Below, in pieces: positions 60,486-64,000 of a stretch of DNA of 64,000 nt. Source of the stretch: the human T2T-CHM13v2.0 reference genome, Homo sapiens; the NCBI RefSeq assembly GCF_009914755.1, contig NC_060935.1. The stretch is one strand, 5' to 3'. The notes beneath the pieces were generated by a model, which saw only the letters and a program-made list of their open reading frames with translations, did no database searches and was not told the origin of the DNA. A program made the translations under genes and the position numbers. Within the stretch, counting starts at the first letter, position 1; every line of letters begins with the position of its first letter.

Positions 60486-63400
60486 CCTCCTTCTTCTTCT
60501 TCTTTTTTGAGACAGAGTCTCGCTCTGTTGCCCAGGCTGGAGTGCAGTGGTGCGATCTTGGCTCACTCACTGCAACATCCGCCTCCCATGTTCAAGCAAT
60601 TCTCCTGCCTCAGCCTCCCAAGTAGCTGGGAGTACAGGTGCACAGCACCACACTTGGTTAATTTTTGTATTTTGGATTACTGGTGTGAGCCACAGCTCCC
60701 GGCCCCATGTCCGATCTACCCCAAGGTCTGACCTGGATTGTGTAATCACCATGTGGCTTGTTTGTGGTTTTACACAAGTCTAATCCATGAAGCAGAGCAT
60801 GTAATACTTCAAGCTCAGTCTGTTGGTTGAAGCGAGTCATAAGGCAATGTCCCTGGATAGAAGGGGATGGGTAATAGACTGCACATCATGATGGGGGAAT
60901 GGCACGAGTGTTCAGCAGAGAGAATGGCTGGCAGCTATGTTAACAGATGCGCAACCATACCTGATAAACTATCAGATTGATAAATGTTCAAAAGCTTGAC
61001 ACTATACCCTGCTGGCAAGTTTGTGAGGGAAAAGGCATGTTTTCCCGTCATAATGAAAAATGTTACAAGCTCTATGGAGGGCATCTTGAATATCTAATAA
61101 ATCTAAAAACATGTTTACTCTGTCTTCCAAGTAGCCTTATAAGTAGCTAGGACTCAGGTGTGTGCCACCACACTTCGCTAATTTCTATTTTTAATTTTTT
61201 TGTAGAGATAGGGCTTCACTGTGTTGCTCAGGCTGGTCTTGAACTCCTGGCCTCAAGGCGATTCTCCTGCCTCAGCCTCTCAAGGTGCTGGGATTATAGG
61301 CATCAGCCACTGTTTCTGGCCTATACATCTCTTTGACCACAGTAATCCTACTTCTAAAAATTAACCATAAGGTCTATCAGCAGAATTATCCAACTGAAGA
61401 AGTGAGAAAAAAAGAACAAAAAAGAAAAGAAAGAGATCCTCAGGTACTTGAGGAACAATATCAAAAGGTCTACCAGATGTGTAGTTTGGGTCTCAAAATG
61501 AAATGAGAGAAAGAATGGGGCTGATTTTTGTTTTTGAGGCAATAATTGTGAAATTATTCAAATTAGGGAAAAAGCTAAAATATTACAGATTGAAAAAGTT
61601 CACAGAACTTCAAGGAGGCCTAAAAACAAAGAAAGTTGTATGTAGATGCCTCACAATCAAACTGAAAATTAAGACAAAGGGAAAAAATTTAAATGTAGCC
61701 GAAGGAGGCAGGACAGAAAACACTGGTACCTTAGTAGCATCAAGCACACTTGATTTTGATTACTCTCATCGTCCTCCAGTAATACAAACAGGATTATTTG
61801 GAGAAATTGTTGATTCTGAGGCTGGAAATATATAAGATGAACCTGGGGCATCTCATAATGCCAGAGTGTTTCCTTTTCCATGAAAAATGAAGTAAAACCA
61901 AACAAACACCACGATGGGGCACATGAAAGGACCCAGGAGGCAACTGAAAGTGCTTGCGATGGCCAAAACAGAAAGTTTGAGCAACAAAACAAAGCAGGAT
62001 CGAATTGTAACCCCACATAGAAAAATAAATATCCAAGATTCCATACTGCTATGAAGAAATAATTGAATAAATTCATTAATGAGGGGGAGAATAGACACAT
62101 CTGTGAGGAGTAAGTCCATATAATTTAAATGGATAATCCACCCACAAGGAAGTAGGGCACAAGTCCCCACTCCTTAAATGTGGGCTGCACATAGGGACTT
62201 TTTCCAAATAGTCCAGCATGGAAAATGGGAAAAAGGGTAAATTCACAGTGGAGAAGGCTGATGAAGTGGAGCTGGAAGGTCATGAAGGAGGGGAGCCCAT
62301 GCTTGTGTACTTGAGATAAGAACTATCACAAGGACTCTCTAAAACCCACAAGAGATTATGGCACATCTTACATGCTTTGCACCATCAGCAGGTCTTACAC
62401 ACTTTGCTCATTCTGCATGGCCACACATATTTCTATAACTGCAATATCTTCAAGACTGCAGCATTCCAGATAAAATGTTCTCGCAAGAACACATGCCTAG
62501 CAATGGCTGTCTCCACCAAGAAGCTAATGCCGACTCCTGCAATGAGCTTCTGTGACCAATAAATTTATTTCAAAGCAGCTTCTGTGGACTTCTTTTTGCC
62601 TTTAAAAGTTTCCCCTTACCCTAACCTCTCAGGATACACCTGTGACTTGTTATACCCGGTATATTCCTGATTCCAGTCCTTCATTCAAATAAACTCATTT
62701 TGAGAGCTAATCTCTGCTGTTATTTTAGGTTGCCGTAATAAGTCTAGTTCAATAGATAACATGTCAATTAATTTAACTATGAACAACTACTTCTGATCTA
62801 TTTTTCTCCTATTAGTAAACATGGTTTAGTGCCACTACCAAGGATTATGAAAAAGAGTTTCAATTGTTTCTCCTTGAAAACATCATTAGGTTTATCACCT
62901 GATGTTCTCAGTGTTCATACCAATGAATATTTTAAACCTAATAAAATTTTCACTATGAAAGATCCCTTTTTTTTCAGTGTAATTCGTAAGGTTTAAACAA
63001 AAGCATGTCGCTTAGTGGCTTGAAATGCATCCCCCAAACAGAAATAAGAATATACTTTTTATTTACATTTTTTATTTCATTTAATTTGATGACCTATGAT
63101 TTGAGCAGATAATTCCAAATGTTACAATCATATGTAGTTCATTACCCAACTTGGATTTTACCTATTAAAGTGAGCATTAGTAAAAAAGATATAATCTATA
63201 TGTAAAAACATTGATCTGTTCAAACATGTAATATTATACTCTTATTAAAGAAGAACATTTAAGTTAACATACCACACTTCACTGGTCTCAAGTAACTTAA
63301 AAAATTTAAAAATTAAAAAAAACCACTCAAATTGAGAAAAGGAAGTTTATTTAAAAGGTGCTTATCTATACAATGTTATTTATCTGCTGAATACCCTTAA

Positions 63401-63746
63401 ACAAATCATTTTTCCAGCAGTCCATTATCAGCTCGGTTTGCTCATCTGGAAAATGGCGTCATGGTGGGCTAGCTTTCTTGTAGAATGATATAAGCATGAA
63501 ATTAGTTATGCCATGTAATGCACCTAGCACAATGCCAAGCATTTTTCAGTGCTTTTAAAAATGTTAGTCCTTCTCATTTCCCATAAAATATTTTCTTGGT
63601 AATAGTCTCTTTCCAGGTGATGTGTACAAAAGTCACACAAACAGTACTCAGTGGAAGGTCTTTGCAGATGCTTCTCACAATAAATCCGGACTAAAGTCCC
63701 ATGCCTAAGTTCTTACTGAGGAAGGGGACAAAGCCAGCCCAGATGT

Positions 63747-64000
63747 TCAGTAGAAGCAGACGGTGTGAAGAAAGCTTTTTCCTGCCTTCTCCTCCATTTG
63801 CAACAGCAGCTCTTCCAGATTGTCTTCCATGTCGTCTGACTGCTGCAGGCACTGGCAAATCTCACAGATGAGGAAAGCTCCCAGGGTGGCATCTTCCAGG
63901 GTATCTTGGATTTCCATGTTGATCACGTGCACAGGCTGAAAGGTCTGCTGTTCTCTGGAACACAGATCTTCCACCACTGTGTCATAGACACTCTCCTCAC
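63747..64000 (-). CDS. SSU72L: SSU72-like retrogene copy 4, C-terminal part (5' part lies beyond the window end)
   Basis: ...VVEDLCSREQQTFQPVHVINMEIQDTLEDA...HTVCFY* matches copy 2 at an offset of 51,174 bp. Confidence 0.85.
   Translation of the reverse strand, partial: EESVYDTVVEDLCSREQQTFQPVHVINMEIQDTLEDATLGAFLICEICQCLQQSDDMEDNLEELLLQMEEKAGKSFLHTVCFY

Larger units (their letters stand above)
54270..64000 (+). repeat. Direct segmental duplication of ~3100-12826 (offset ~51.17 kb)
   Basis: Offsets 54916-3749=51167 and 63747-12573=51174; shares gene, spacer, SVA and its TSD, with only scattered substitutions. Confidence 0.95.

Noticed and set aside
54270-64000. Assembly artefact as the explanation for the duplicate
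   Set aside because: The copies differ by scattered substitutions and indels and have distinct, biologically interpretable upstream flanks.

Overview
Primate genomic DNA, almost certainly human because it carries an AluYb8-type insertion. It holds a segmentally duplicated cluster of intronless SSU72-like retrogenes (RNA Pol II CTD phosphatase family), which is consistent with the SSU72L/SSU72P cluster on 11p15.4; that locus assignment is from memory, not a search. Three complete 194-codon copies (3785-4369 +, 12573-13157 -, 54952-55536 +) and a fourth cut by the window end (63747-64000 -) form two convergent inverted pairs. The pair unit recurs as a direct repeat about 51.2 kb later. All complete copies keep an open frame, a Kozak ATG, the CX5R motif and Asp143. 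Each sits behind a TATA promoter built from a duplicated ~120-bp module with DUX4-consensus sites (TAATCTAATCA/TAATTTAATCA) spaced about 50 bp apart. This suggests an amplified, conversion-maintained family of variant CTD phosphatases active at embryonic genome activation. The rest is repeat-derived: an SVA in each palindrome spacer, a two-LTR HERV-H provirus containing the AluYb8, a 4.9-kb L1PA, older L1s, MaLR/ERV1 LTRs, MER6 and many Alus. No RNA genes or CRISPR arrays were seen. Repeat subfamily names and percent identities are by-eye estimates.
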